64,000 bases of DNA. It comes from Epithemia pelagica. Its lineage: Eukaryota > Protista > Bacillariophyta. Under the pieces are notes generated by a model. The model had not been told where the DNA came from, did not search any database, and saw only the letters and a program-made list of their open reading frames with translations. The stretch spans positions 1,674,001-1,738,000 of the forward strand of contig OX337240.1 in the NCBI GenBank assembly GCA_946965045.2. Reading direction: 5' to 3'. Below, in pieces: positions 23,001 through 32,000 of the stretch (position 1 is its first letter; each line of letters starts with the position of its first letter). Made by a program: the position numbers and the translations under genes.

Positions 23001-25697
23001 CTTGATCCCATAGATATCAGTAACCAGAGTATCGCGACCAACAAAGATTTGTGCGACTTTACCGCCATGGTCAACAGCAGGGGTGTCGGAGAAAACCGAG
23101 TCAGTAGCAACGGGTTCATGACGTCGAGGTATATTAAGGACCGGATTGCGAGCCTTGAAATGTTTCTTGAGGGTGTCGTGGTCAAAAGTAATGCTACCAT
23201 TACGTGTAGTGTGCTTGAACGTATCGGCAATAACATCTTCAGATTGCCAACCAAAGAATGGACGGAACTTCTTCCAGTCATACGCTTCCTGGTAACGACG
23301 GTGGACAGAGGCATGAAGTGTAGGATCATTACCTTCTGCGTCAGCATAGATAGAAAAGAAGGGTGCGTCGTCAGGTCCATGATCATATGGGAGATCCAAA
23401 AGGAGATTGAGGTTACAAACAACACGATCAGTGTACTCCCCATAGTTGTCATATGGATGGTTCGACATACTACCATCAGTCTTGACGTGTTTCCAATCAG
23501 GATCATTGTCAGAGGGTGTGGGAGAATACGAATGGTCCAGAACACCAGGATCCCATGTGTCGGGTGACGTGAAGATGATCTGAGGTAAGGTATCCATGTC
23601 ATCGTCGCTGGGGATACCCAAGGAGTGGATGTAGGCTAACCCATCCTTGATGTGAAGGGGTATGGCACGACCATCAAGTGTAGTGATGCGTTGTTTACCA
23701 TCAACTTTAACAGATCGTTCATCAACAGCAAGTCCGAAATGCTCGAATTGACCAGGAGCATGGATAGATAAGCCCTTCCCATAATAAGCATATTCATTGA
23801 AGATGCCGACAATAGGTCCATCATTGGTCTCAAACTTTGCGGCACATGTGACGACAGGAAGCCCAGTAAGTTCATGGTTATCAATACCCACAATAGTGAT
23901 ATGACGGCCAGTCTTGGAAAGGATGCGCATGTCAGAACCAGCAAGTCCTCCATTAGCACCACGGTCAATCAATTGATTCCCTGGTAAAGTAGATTTCCTG
24001 GAAAACAGATAGCGTGGGACATGTCCTGCTTGTTTATGCATGTTGGCTTTGAAAGTAACCTTCTTGCTTGTCTTGGACTTGGCGTTAGAAAGAACACTAG
24101 TCAGGTCAGTTGCCGGGTGATTGATATCAGTCGTCATGGCTTGGTTGATAAATTGTGTAACCGGATCTGAATCATCTGAATGCTCAGGGACTACGCCAGG
24201 TGAGTCGTCATCAGATGCAACTTGGTTGGGGTCAGGATCAGGTTCCGGATCAATGTCGAGGGCATGTGTTTGCACTGTCCTCGGTGTTGTTGATGAAGGT
24301 GCTTGAATCATCTTGTTATACTCAATGATCAACTTGCGATCTTCTTCAGAAAGTTTGAACCATAGGTCACGCGGTAGACTAACCTTGGACGAAGAGGATG
24401 GAGATTCAGATGTCGCTTTGGTGTTGTGGACATGATACTCCATATCATCTTGTGAGGTTATGTCAGCATCTGTACCTTGGCCATATAGTGATTCATGTTG
24501 TTTGACATGTCGACGGCGACTATGAACAGATGACTGGGTTGCTTGATCATGGTCATAAGCTGCGTCTAGAAGGAGACGGAAGTATGATTGATAGCAAAGG
24601 GATTTTGCACCGGATTTGGTGTTCACCACATTATCCAAGATCTTGACTCGGCGGAGATCAGGTACCTTTTCTACAGCTTGCATGAGGAAGGTCATCCTGG
24701 TATGATCAGGGATGCGATCAGACAATGTCACTAAATTGTCTAGCAAACGTAGCTGCTCTTGAAAGTGTAGAAGAAATTGACGTGTTGTTCCGCGCCATGT
24801 GTCGTCAAGACGTAGATTGGAAATGTAGTTGGTTAAGCGGAGGACTTCTCGCTTTGCTAGGTCGGATTCGGTATGCAAAGAGTGTAACTTCTGCAATACA
24901 GCACGCGCATCTTCATCATGTTCATGTTCACGTACATAGGCTCGACCTTGGTCAGTCTGAATGATACGGACAAGAACGGAGTAAAGAAATACTTGTTGCT
25001 CTTGAAAAAGTTCTTCGGCATACTCATCATCATGGGGTGGTGTGTATTTGAAATTCAGGACGTTGGATAGGCCTTGAGCCTTAGCTGTAGTCTTGAATAC
25101 ACGCCAGAATGAATCGTAGTATCGTTCATCCTTGAATACCTCGTATGCAGTTGCGTCGCGCTTAGTTCCCTTTCTGAATGCTGTAAGGTCTTGTTGAGAT
25201 TGGGATGCGGCAGTAACTGTGCTGACAGATTTCACAGATGACGGTGACTTCATTGGCGAGACTGGGACTTGACTAGGTGGTCCCTTAGAGAAATCTGTGT
25301 TGATCCTCCAAGTGTTGAACTCTTTCCTCGTTAGGTTCATCCAGTCGCTATTGGATAGCTCGTCTTGAATTTCATTGGTCTTGTATGTGGCCCAATAAGC
25401 CAAGAGCTTGATCTGCTGTCTTGTGGGGCCTTGTAGATCATGTGTCTGTTTGTTGACCTTGTATTGTGTCAGTTCCTTCATGGATTCCTCGGTATTAGTT
25501 TGCATATACGAGATAACATGGGTAATGTTCTCAAAACCATGGTATTTCATCCACTTCATTAAGTAGTCGGCCCTTTCTTTGGTGAAGAATTGGCAGACAG
25601 TAAATATGATGTGGTCGAATAGGTCTGTGTCCGAGACATTGTCTTGGTTATCTTCTCCCTTAGGAGTCGTAGGTGTCTTGGGTGATTGAGGATCCAT
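20010..25697 (-). CDS. Gag-Pol polyprotein (1895 aa)
   Basis: Protease LIDRGANGG; integrase ATDSVFSD...ISDG...NKAENRY; RT RHKARLVADG, GADIGNAYL, KALYGLKSSG, YVDDL; RNase H YVDANL, YGSEFVA, GDNRSV, NPADILSK. IN precedes RT (copia order). Confidence 0.97.
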   Translation of the reverse strand: MDPQSPKTPTTPKGEDNQDNVSDTDLFDHIIFTVCQFFTKERADYLMKWMKYHGFENITHVISYMQTNTEESMKELTQYKVNKQTHDLQGPTRQQIKLLAYWATYKTNEIQDELSNSDWMNLTRKEFNTWRINTDFSKGPPSQVPVSPMKSPSSVKSVSTVTAASQSQQDLTAFRKGTKRDATAYEVFKDERYYDSFWRVFKTTAKAQGLSNVLNFKYTPPHDDEYAEELFQEQQVFLYSVLVRIIQTDQGRAYVREHEHDEDARAVLQKLHSLHTESDLAKREVLRLTNYISNLRLDDTWRGTTRQFLLHFQEQLRLLDNLVTLSDRIPDHTRMTFLMQAVEKVPDLRRVKILDNVVNTKSGAKSLCYQSYFRLLLDAAYDHDQATQSSVHSRRRHVKQHESLYGQGTDADITSQDDMEYHVHNTKATSESPSSSSKVSLPRDLWFKLSEEDRKLIIEYNKMIQAPSSTTPRTVQTHALDIDPEPDPDPNQVASDDDSPGVVPEHSDDSDPVTQFINQAMTTDINHPATDLTSVLSNAKSKTSKKVTFKANMHKQAGHVPRYLFSRKSTLPGNQLIDRGANGGLAGSDMRILSKTGRHITIVGIDNHELTGLPVVTCAAKFETNDGPIVGIFNEYAYYGKGLSIHAPGQFEHFGLAVDERSVKVDGKQRITTLDGRAIPLHIKDGLAYIHSLGIPSDDDMDTLPQIIFTSPDTWDPGVLDHSYSPTPSDNDPDWKHVKTDGSMSNHPYDNYGEYTDRVVCNLNLLLDLPYDHGPDDAPFFSIYADAEGNDPTLHASVHRRYQEAYDWKKFRPFFGWQSEDVIADTFKHTTRNGSITFDHDTLKKHFKARNPVLNIPRRHEPVATDSVFSDTPAVDHGGKVAQIFVGRDTLVTDIYGIKSTKQFVNTLQDNIRFRGAMETLISDGGSSLISQKVKDILRTLLIGEYRSEPYHQHQNKAENRYQTVKRMTNALMNATGCPANTWLLCLEYVCDLLNHTSSPTHSGRTPLEALSGRPPDITHLLFFPFWDEVYYRVDPAEPNSGSYPSSSDEKLGHWVGFAHNVGDSFTWKILTQDNQIIYRSAVRRVESTTPNLRVDRPSGEDSSDQDDNDKQADTVFIRSDSEDPSKPMPTIDFDDMIGRTFLCDTEENGERHRARVIKRVIDLNEEATKQEERVKYIYRKTNSDVDEMISYNQLMEYIERDNQAQTSGDNLFRFRDVIAHQGPLNTTDPDYKGSKYNLLVDWETGETTYEPLSLIANDDPITVAIYGKKHDLLNEPGWKHLKRYVKTSKRLIRAAKQSRIKQVHHSVKYKFGFQVPRNYEEAVTLDKQHGNTKWQDATELELSQIQSYKTFKDFGKAIFIKGKVSNAPEGYHKIRVHLVFDVKHDGRHKARLVADGHLTKEPVETIYSGVVSIRNLRIALFLGTLNDLEIWGADIGNAYLEALTGEKLFIVAGPEFKELEGHILIIYKALYGLKSSGARWHDVLFDVLTDMGFSPSKADPDIWMRKAPGEDCYEYIAVYVDDLAIISTDPGNICKILKEKYNFKLKGDGPIDFHLGCCYTKDSDGTLVADPRRYIGKMMDTFERIFKEKPKKAKTPLIGGDHPELDDSELLDEEGTNHFQTLIGQLQWVITIGRFDVFTATMTLSRFRAAPRKGHLDRAKRIYGYLAHLPEGAIRFRIGEPDYSSLPTQEFDWTCTVYSNASERIPEDCPTPLGRYVTTTHYVDANLMHDIVTGKSVTAVLHLLNGTPIDWYSKRQSTVETATYGSEFVAARTAIDQITELRHSLRYLGVPIRERSYMYGDNRSVVLNATVPHSILSKRHHLLSYHRVREAIAAKYVAFYWKDGKTNPADILSKHWDFVSIWPMLKPLLFWKGEVQDLNKSNDDKAETTSCGEC
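20016..20023 (-). other. Polypurine tract (GTGGGGAG) abutting the 3' LTR
   Basis: Minus strand reads gtggggag|TGTTAG. Confidence 0.6.
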
Positions 25698-26017
25698 GGT
25701 GTTATTTGGTTGGTTCGATGTTTATTTAATGTGCGGTGTGATGTGGTTTATTTAATGTGTGATGTGATGTGAACCCGGATGTACCACGTGTGCCACGTAT
25801 GTACCACGTATGTGATACCCGGATGTGTGTTGTGATGTGCGACTCCTGGAAATTTCCGTTGATTTCGACAAATTTTCGCCGAGTTTCAACAAATTTTCGC
25901 CGAATTTTCGCGATTTGACGGGAATGTGTGGCGTGTTGTGCGACCAAGGGTACCCGGATGTGCGTTGAGTTTAAGTCTTGGAAAGGTTTTGAGAGGACGG
26001 GAGTTAACTATGAGTAA

Positions 26018-26797
26018 TTAAGCTTCGGTCTCTGAATCCTCACCCTCTTCCGAATGATCAGAGTCGCTTCCAGGCTCAGATGGGGCAGCACAAGCAACAG
26101 AAGAAGGGGTATCACCTTCAGCCAGGTGGTTCTCGACCTCGGTACGCAAAGGGTAGATAGTTGCACGATGGTCCTCGATGGTATGGACCTCGTGGATGTA
26201 GGCAACGTAGTTATCTAGGCGTACAACGTTAGGAGGCAGAGGGCAAGTCGTCGCGTTCACGACGTAGATGGTATTGTAGTATCCAGTTGGGCGCTCGAAG
26301 GTTAGGAAGCGGAGGTGGACAGTACGGATGGGGTTGCCCGAGAGGGCGGCAAAGATGAGGCGACGCCTCGGAGAGCGGTGAAGTTGGTCGTTCAGACGGT
26401 CAATGTCTTCTTGGTCGACGATGTGGGTCACCGATTGGAACTGGCGTTCGATCTGGGTCTCCCCACGGATGATCTCGGGATCGAAGGTCGAACAAGTTGG
26501 TTGGCGGAAGTACTTGATATGATCAGCAATCAACCGGGTGGTACGACGGGATCGAGAAGGGACGAGCCGACGAGGCGGACTCGGGGGCCGAAGCAACGGC
26601 GCAGGGATCGGAGCGTGAGGCTGGGTTGGAGTCTCGAATGGGTTGCTGTTGGAACTGTCGACGGAGATGTTGACCGATGTGTTGGCTGCCTTCGGCGTCG
26701 GCACCAGTTCCTGCTGCACCAGGGTATCGGGCTGCCCGGGATGCAGGTTGGCTCGATAGATCTGTCGTACAGGAGTGATAATCTCGTTAGTATCCAT
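26018..26797 (-). CDS. Extra ORF (259 aa, unknown function) between the 5' LTR and gag-pol
   Basis: ATG 36 nt downstream of the LTR end, same sense as gag-pol, no stops. Pro-rich N-terminus, hydrophobic/aromatic core, acidic tail, no TM. Confidence 0.75.
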   Translation of the reverse strand: MDTNEIITPVRQIYRANLHPGQPDTLVQQELVPTPKAANTSVNISVDSSNSNPFETPTQPHAPIPAPLLRPPSPPRRLVPSRSRRTTRLIADHIKYFRQPTCSTFDPEIIRGETQIERQFQSVTHIVDQEDIDRLNDQLHRSPRRRLIFAALSGNPIRTVHLRFLTFERPTGYYNTIYVVNATTCPLPPNVVRLDNYVAYIHEVHTIEDHRATIYPLRTEVENHLAEGDTPSSVACAAPSEPGSDSDHSEEGEDSETEA

Positions 26798-26819
26798 GAA
26801 ACCACAAGGAAATAAGCTT

Positions 26820-26833
26820 TGAGACTGTTAATC
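26820..26833 (-). other. Candidate primer-binding site complementary to a tRNA-Asn(GTT) anticodon arm
   Basis: The + strand TGAGA-CTGTTAA-TC directly precedes the LTR. There is no TGG-type PBS. Confidence 0.6.
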
Positions 26834-27616
26834 TGTTACAATTCTTTCTGAATCGTAGGGACATTGATGCTCGGTAGAGCAGACAATCAGGTAGGTCACC
26901 AACCGATACAAGCTTCTCAGGGTCAGAGAAGCAAGCAAGTCGAAGTCTATCAGAAGGATAGTCGGGACACAAAAGAGGATGTGATAAATGGTGATATTGT
27001 TAGATTGTGTGTTGATTACTACGATAGGTCTACGTGAAATGTTCGGTCCTGCCAAGGGTCATGTATCATAGGTTCTTGGCGGCAACAGGTTTGGAATAGT
27101 TGGAGTTGATTCATGTGATGTATATGACATGTATATGTGGGCGGATAACATATACAGGGTCAACAGCTCTTGCTTTGGGTTGGCATAGTTGTTTTCATGG
27201 CGCGCAGCTTGTTGACAATTTGGAGATTGTGGGAATGGAAATATGGTCTCGCGTGATCATGTGTCGTGCTTGGGATACTTAGACCGTTGGATCGGATAGA
27301 TGCCGATAGCGCTCGGATGTCGCTTGGGCGCGCTCGATGATTTCGGGCGCGTACGCTTAGGGCGTTAGTACAGTGTCCGAGCAACGGCCAAATTTACGTC
27401 CGTTGTAATACCGCACGACCCAATTTAGTCTTGAGAGTGAGTTCGTCAATCTATTCTCACTTTTCATGATTTGCGAAGAAATATAGGTCGATATAGCGCG
27501 AAGCTAGGAAACATAGCTCGAAGCTAGAGGGCATGATGCGATAGCACGAGGCTATGTGACATGGGGAATCGATGAGATGTAGAATCTAACCACCATAGAC
27601 GGTGAGAATTCTAACA
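26834..27616 (-). repeat. 5' LTR
   Basis: 783-bp direct repeat of 19233..20015. Confidence 0.97.
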
Positions 27617-28062
27617 CGCCGTCATTGGGACGACTTTGAATGGCTGTCTTCAACTTTTGTTCAAAGTCTGTGCTGTTCGTGTCCTCTGTATCTGCAGTCA
27701 CCACTGTGGCCTTGTCCTTGTCTTGGTTGCTGTTGGACGATGGAGTAAGGGTGACAGGGGCAGCAACCATCGGAGGAGATGGGTCTTTGCTCTCGGAAGC
27801 ATCAGACACAACATTTGTATCTTGACTATTTGGTTCTATTTTGGTTTCCTCGGGCTGTTCTGGCTTTTCTTCCTTTCCCTCCTCCTCTAGTGAATCTTGG
27901 AACTCTTGTAGATTGTCGTCTGTTTCTTGTTGTGCTTCTTCTTGTTTGCTTTCGTCCTGGAGTCATGGTGGGAGCCCTCGTCATTGTCGTCCTGGTTTGT
28001 TTCTTCCCAGTCCGGATCCCCTGTCGAGGGCGGCGGCCCGGTACACTGGTTTCTGCCTCTCT

Positions 28063-28262
28063 NNNNNNNNNNNNNNNNNNNNNNNNNNNNNNNNNNNNNN
28101 NNNNNNNNNNNNNNNNNNNNNNNNNNNNNNNNNNNNNNNNNNNNNNNNNNNNNNNNNNNNNNNNNNNNNNNNNNNNNNNNNNNNNNNNNNNNNNNNNNNN
28201 NNNNNNNNNNNNNNNNNNNNNNNNNNNNNNNNNNNNNNNNNNNNNNNNNNNNNNNNNNNNNN
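28063..28262. other. Assembly gap (200 N)
   Basis: Run of N. Frames across it are unreliable. Confidence 1.
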
Positions 28263-29076
28263 TTTTCCAAAAAGACGGATCGTTCCTCTTCTTGTTGTTC
28301 CTTCTTTTTGGCTTGATAGGTTTGCCACAAACACCAACTCATTCCAGCCAGGACAATGGCACCCAACACGGCCAAGATACTCCCCACGGCGGCTCCCATG
28401 ATGCGATACACCAATGTGGATGTTCAAACACGAGGCAAAAGGTTTGGAATCTTTGAAAATGACGGGGAAGGAATGCTGCGAGTATGGGCGAAAAGACCAA
28501 CGTTGTGGTTGTCAACTGTCAACTGTCCTAGGAAAAGATTTGGAAGTTCGATGTCTCGACTCGACTCTCTCGACCGTGATTTGTGATGGGTGGAGTCTTC
28601 TCGACATTTTTTCTTCGCCTGGACGGCGAGCGCGTGCGCGACAACACGTGCCTTTAACGAAAGACAAGGATAGATAGTACAGTGTGGATGATATCTGGTC
28701 ACATGACTGATACTTTGTGTACTTTCAAAATGCTTCTGTGTGACACCCCGACTTATCGAAACGGAGGGCTATTCTGGAAAGAATATCACTGCCCTTTGAA
28801 CCATCTGTAATGCGACTCATATGCGTCTTATGAACTTAGGGTGCACGGACGGACGGCGCGTTTGAGAAGGGCGCAAACAGCACAAAGAACGAGACACGCA
28901 TAGCACAGCGTTGCCATTGCATTTCCCATTCCACCTCTGTACCCAACATCCGAATTCATTGAGAGTTTCCTCTTGGTTGTTTTGAAGCTAGAACCTCAAC
29001 AACAACATCATCATCCGATTGTTCCACTATCATAACAGCTTGGCAATCCATCGTTTGAACCTCGTTTTGGTGTACC

Positions 29077-32000
29077 ATGGCGGGTGGAGGTGCCGGAACG
29101 GCTCGGCAAGCCGGTGCCACAACCTTGACGCAATCGTCCGAGAATTTTGGCTATTCGGCCGTTCGATTGAGACGGATTGTCAAACTTCAATTTGGTATCA
29201 TCAATCCTCATGAATTGGTATGGTTGCGTTGTGTTTCTCGTTTTGTGTTGTTGTGTGTATGAATTCCTCACTCCTTGTTTCTTGTTTCACTCTTATCGAA
29301 ATTTCGGAATGTACTTTTCAAACGCATTTGAAAATATCAAACAAAATCCTCACAATGACAACCAATCTACTGGTGGGACAAAACATCCTCAATAATTCAA
29401 CTCACCACAGCGGCAAGCCAGTGTGACACAGGCCATTACGGTAAATGGTCGCAAAGTTCCAGCCGGTGTGACGCGGTACGAAACCCAAGTAAATGGTCAA
29501 CCCGTCTATGGGGGTGCCAACGATCCTCGATTGGGAAATTTACACGACAAATCCGATCCAGGATACTTTGGACACATTGATTTGGCCAAACCGGTCTACC
29601 ATCAAGGCTTTTTCAACATTACCCTCAAGGCACTCCGCTGTGTCTGTTATCATTGTGGACGCTTCCGTATGGCGGAAGATGAATTCAAGTTTCAAAAGGC
29701 AATTGGTATCAAACATCGCAAAAAGCGATTGGATGCCTTGCACGAACTATTACGAAACAAGAAAAAGTGCGATCATTGTCAAGGAATGCAACCCAAATAT
29801 ACCAAGGTCAATTTGCACATTGAAGCCGAATTTCCCGATTCTACCACGGCCGCAGCCGCTGGAACCTCCAGCAGCGATTCCAAACAATTCTTGTCGGGTG
29901 AAACGGCCGTCAAAATCTTGCGCAATGTTCGTGAACAAGATGTGGCCATTTTGGGATTGGATCCCAATTATGCTCGACCCGATTGGTTGTTGGTTCAAGT
30001 CATGCCCGTGCCGCCCCTCCATGTACGACCCTCCGTGTCGGTCGGTGGTGGAGCGCAATCCAGTGAAGATGACTTGACGCATCAATTGGTCAATATCATC
30101 AAGGCGAATTTGAGTTTGCAACAAGCCGTGGTCAACGGAGAACCCTCCATTGTCATTCAACAATTTGAATTGTCCCTCCAACACAATGTTGCCGCCTTTA
30201 TGGACAATGAAATTCGAGGCATGCCGCAAGTCACACAGCGAAGTGGTCGGCCCCTCAAGGCCTTGACGCAACGCCTCAAGGCCAAGGAGGGCCGAATTCG
30301 AGGCAATTTAATGGGCAAACGTGTCGATTTCTCCAGTCGAACCGTGATTACAGCCGATCCCAATCTTGGTATTCAACAAGTTGGCGTTCCTCGATCGATT
30401 GCCATGAACTTGACCGTTCCGGTCCGTGTGACGGCTTACAATGTTGCGGAATTGAGTGCCTTGGTCGCCAATGGTCCGACCGAACATCCCGGCGCCAAGC
30501 ACATTATTCGAAGCGATGGGACCCGTATTGATTTGCGTTACGTCAAAAACAAGTCGGAACTCTTGCTCGCCCATGGATGGATTGTCGAACGACATTTGCG
30601 CGACGACGATGTCGTCCTGTTCAATCGACAGCCCAGTTTGCACAAAATGTCCATTATGGGGCACAAGGCCAAAGTGCTGGATTGGAGTACCTTTCGATTG
30701 AATTTGAGTTGTACCAGTCCCTACAATGCCGGTAAGTGACAAAGAATGCGTCGTTTCATATTGTTTTGTATGTTTGGTCACTCATTTGCAGGTGATTGTT
30801 TGTTTATTGTTACGATTGCTCATTTTCTTCTATCATGGACTCTTTGGATTGTTCAACTCAGACTTTGATGGTGATGAAATGAACTTGCATGTACCACAGA
30901 GCTTGCCGGCACGGGCCGAAGCGGAACTCATGATGTTGAGTCCTCGTGTCGTTGTATCGGGACAATCCAATCGTCCTGTCATGGGTATTATTCAAGATTC
31001 TCTCTTGGCGGTCCAGAAAATGACCAAGCGCAACATTTTTATTGAACGCGACTTGTGCTTCAACATGCTGCTGTGGGTGACCCAGTGGGACGGTAAAATC
31101 CCCATCCCGGCCATTCTCAAACCCAAGGAATTGTGGACCGGCAAACAACTCTTGTCCATGATTCTGCCTCAAATCAATCTCAAAAGCAAGGGTAACAATG
31201 GACCGCCTAAAGATCCCAAAACGGGAAGTCCCATGCCCAATACATTTAACATGTACGATCACATGGTAACCATTCAAGAGGGAGAATTGTTGGAAGGGAC
31301 CATTGACAAAAAGACGATTGGATCATCCATGGGTGGATTGATCCATACCTGTTGGTTGGATGTCGGCCATGAAGAAACAGCTCGATTCATGAATCAGGTA
31401 CAACAATTGACCAATCATTGGGTATTGCATGCCTGTTCCTTCTCCATTGGAGCCACTGATGCCGTGGCAGACGAAGCCACGATGCGGCAGATTGAATCTA
31501 CCATTGACAAGGCCAAGAAACAGGTGCAGGACTTGGTGCGACAGGGCCAAACGGGGAAACTGGAAATCCAACCCGGTCGAACCATGATTGAATCCTTTGA
31601 ACAGCTTGTCAACAAAGTTTTGAATACAGCTCGTGATCATGCCGGAAAGTCGGCGCAATCGTCTCTGGATGAAAATCGAAACTCGGTCAAGGCCATGGTG
31701 ACGGCGGGAAGTAAAGGCTCCTTTATCAATATTTCGCAAATTATTGCCTGTGTCGGACAACAGAATGTGGAAGGGAAACGGATTCCGTACGGCTTCCGAA
31801 AGCGTACTTTGCCTCATTTTTCCAAGGATGACATTGGAAGTGAATCCCGAGGGTTTGTGGAGAACTCATATCTTAGAGGACTGTCACCTCAAGAATTTTA
31901 TTTTCATGCCATGGGTGGACGAGAAGGTTTGATTGATACGGCCTGTAAGACGGCTGAAACTGGTTACATTCAACGTCGTCTGGTAAAGGCAATGGAAACC

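Larger units (their letters stand above)
19233..27616 (-). mobile_element. Complete Ty1/copia (CoDi-like) LTR retrotransposon, 8384 bp
   Basis: Two 783-bp LTRs, TG...CA ends, 5-bp TSD CGCCG (19228-19232 and 27617-27621), intact gag-PR-IN-RT-RH ORF. Confidence 0.98.
18050..28399 (-). pseudogene. Paralogous TM + 2x(four-EF-hand) gene disrupted by an LTR element, a frameshift and a nonsense codon
   Basis: Removing the element and one TSD restores IQSRPNDG-DMQTLFDKIDEDGDG in frame. 1-bp frameshift near 27961. In-frame TAG at 18245-18247 where the paralogous repeats have TAT (Tyr). N-terminal TM MGAAVGSILAVLGAIVLAGMSWCLW. An assembly gap lies inside. Confidence 0.85.
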
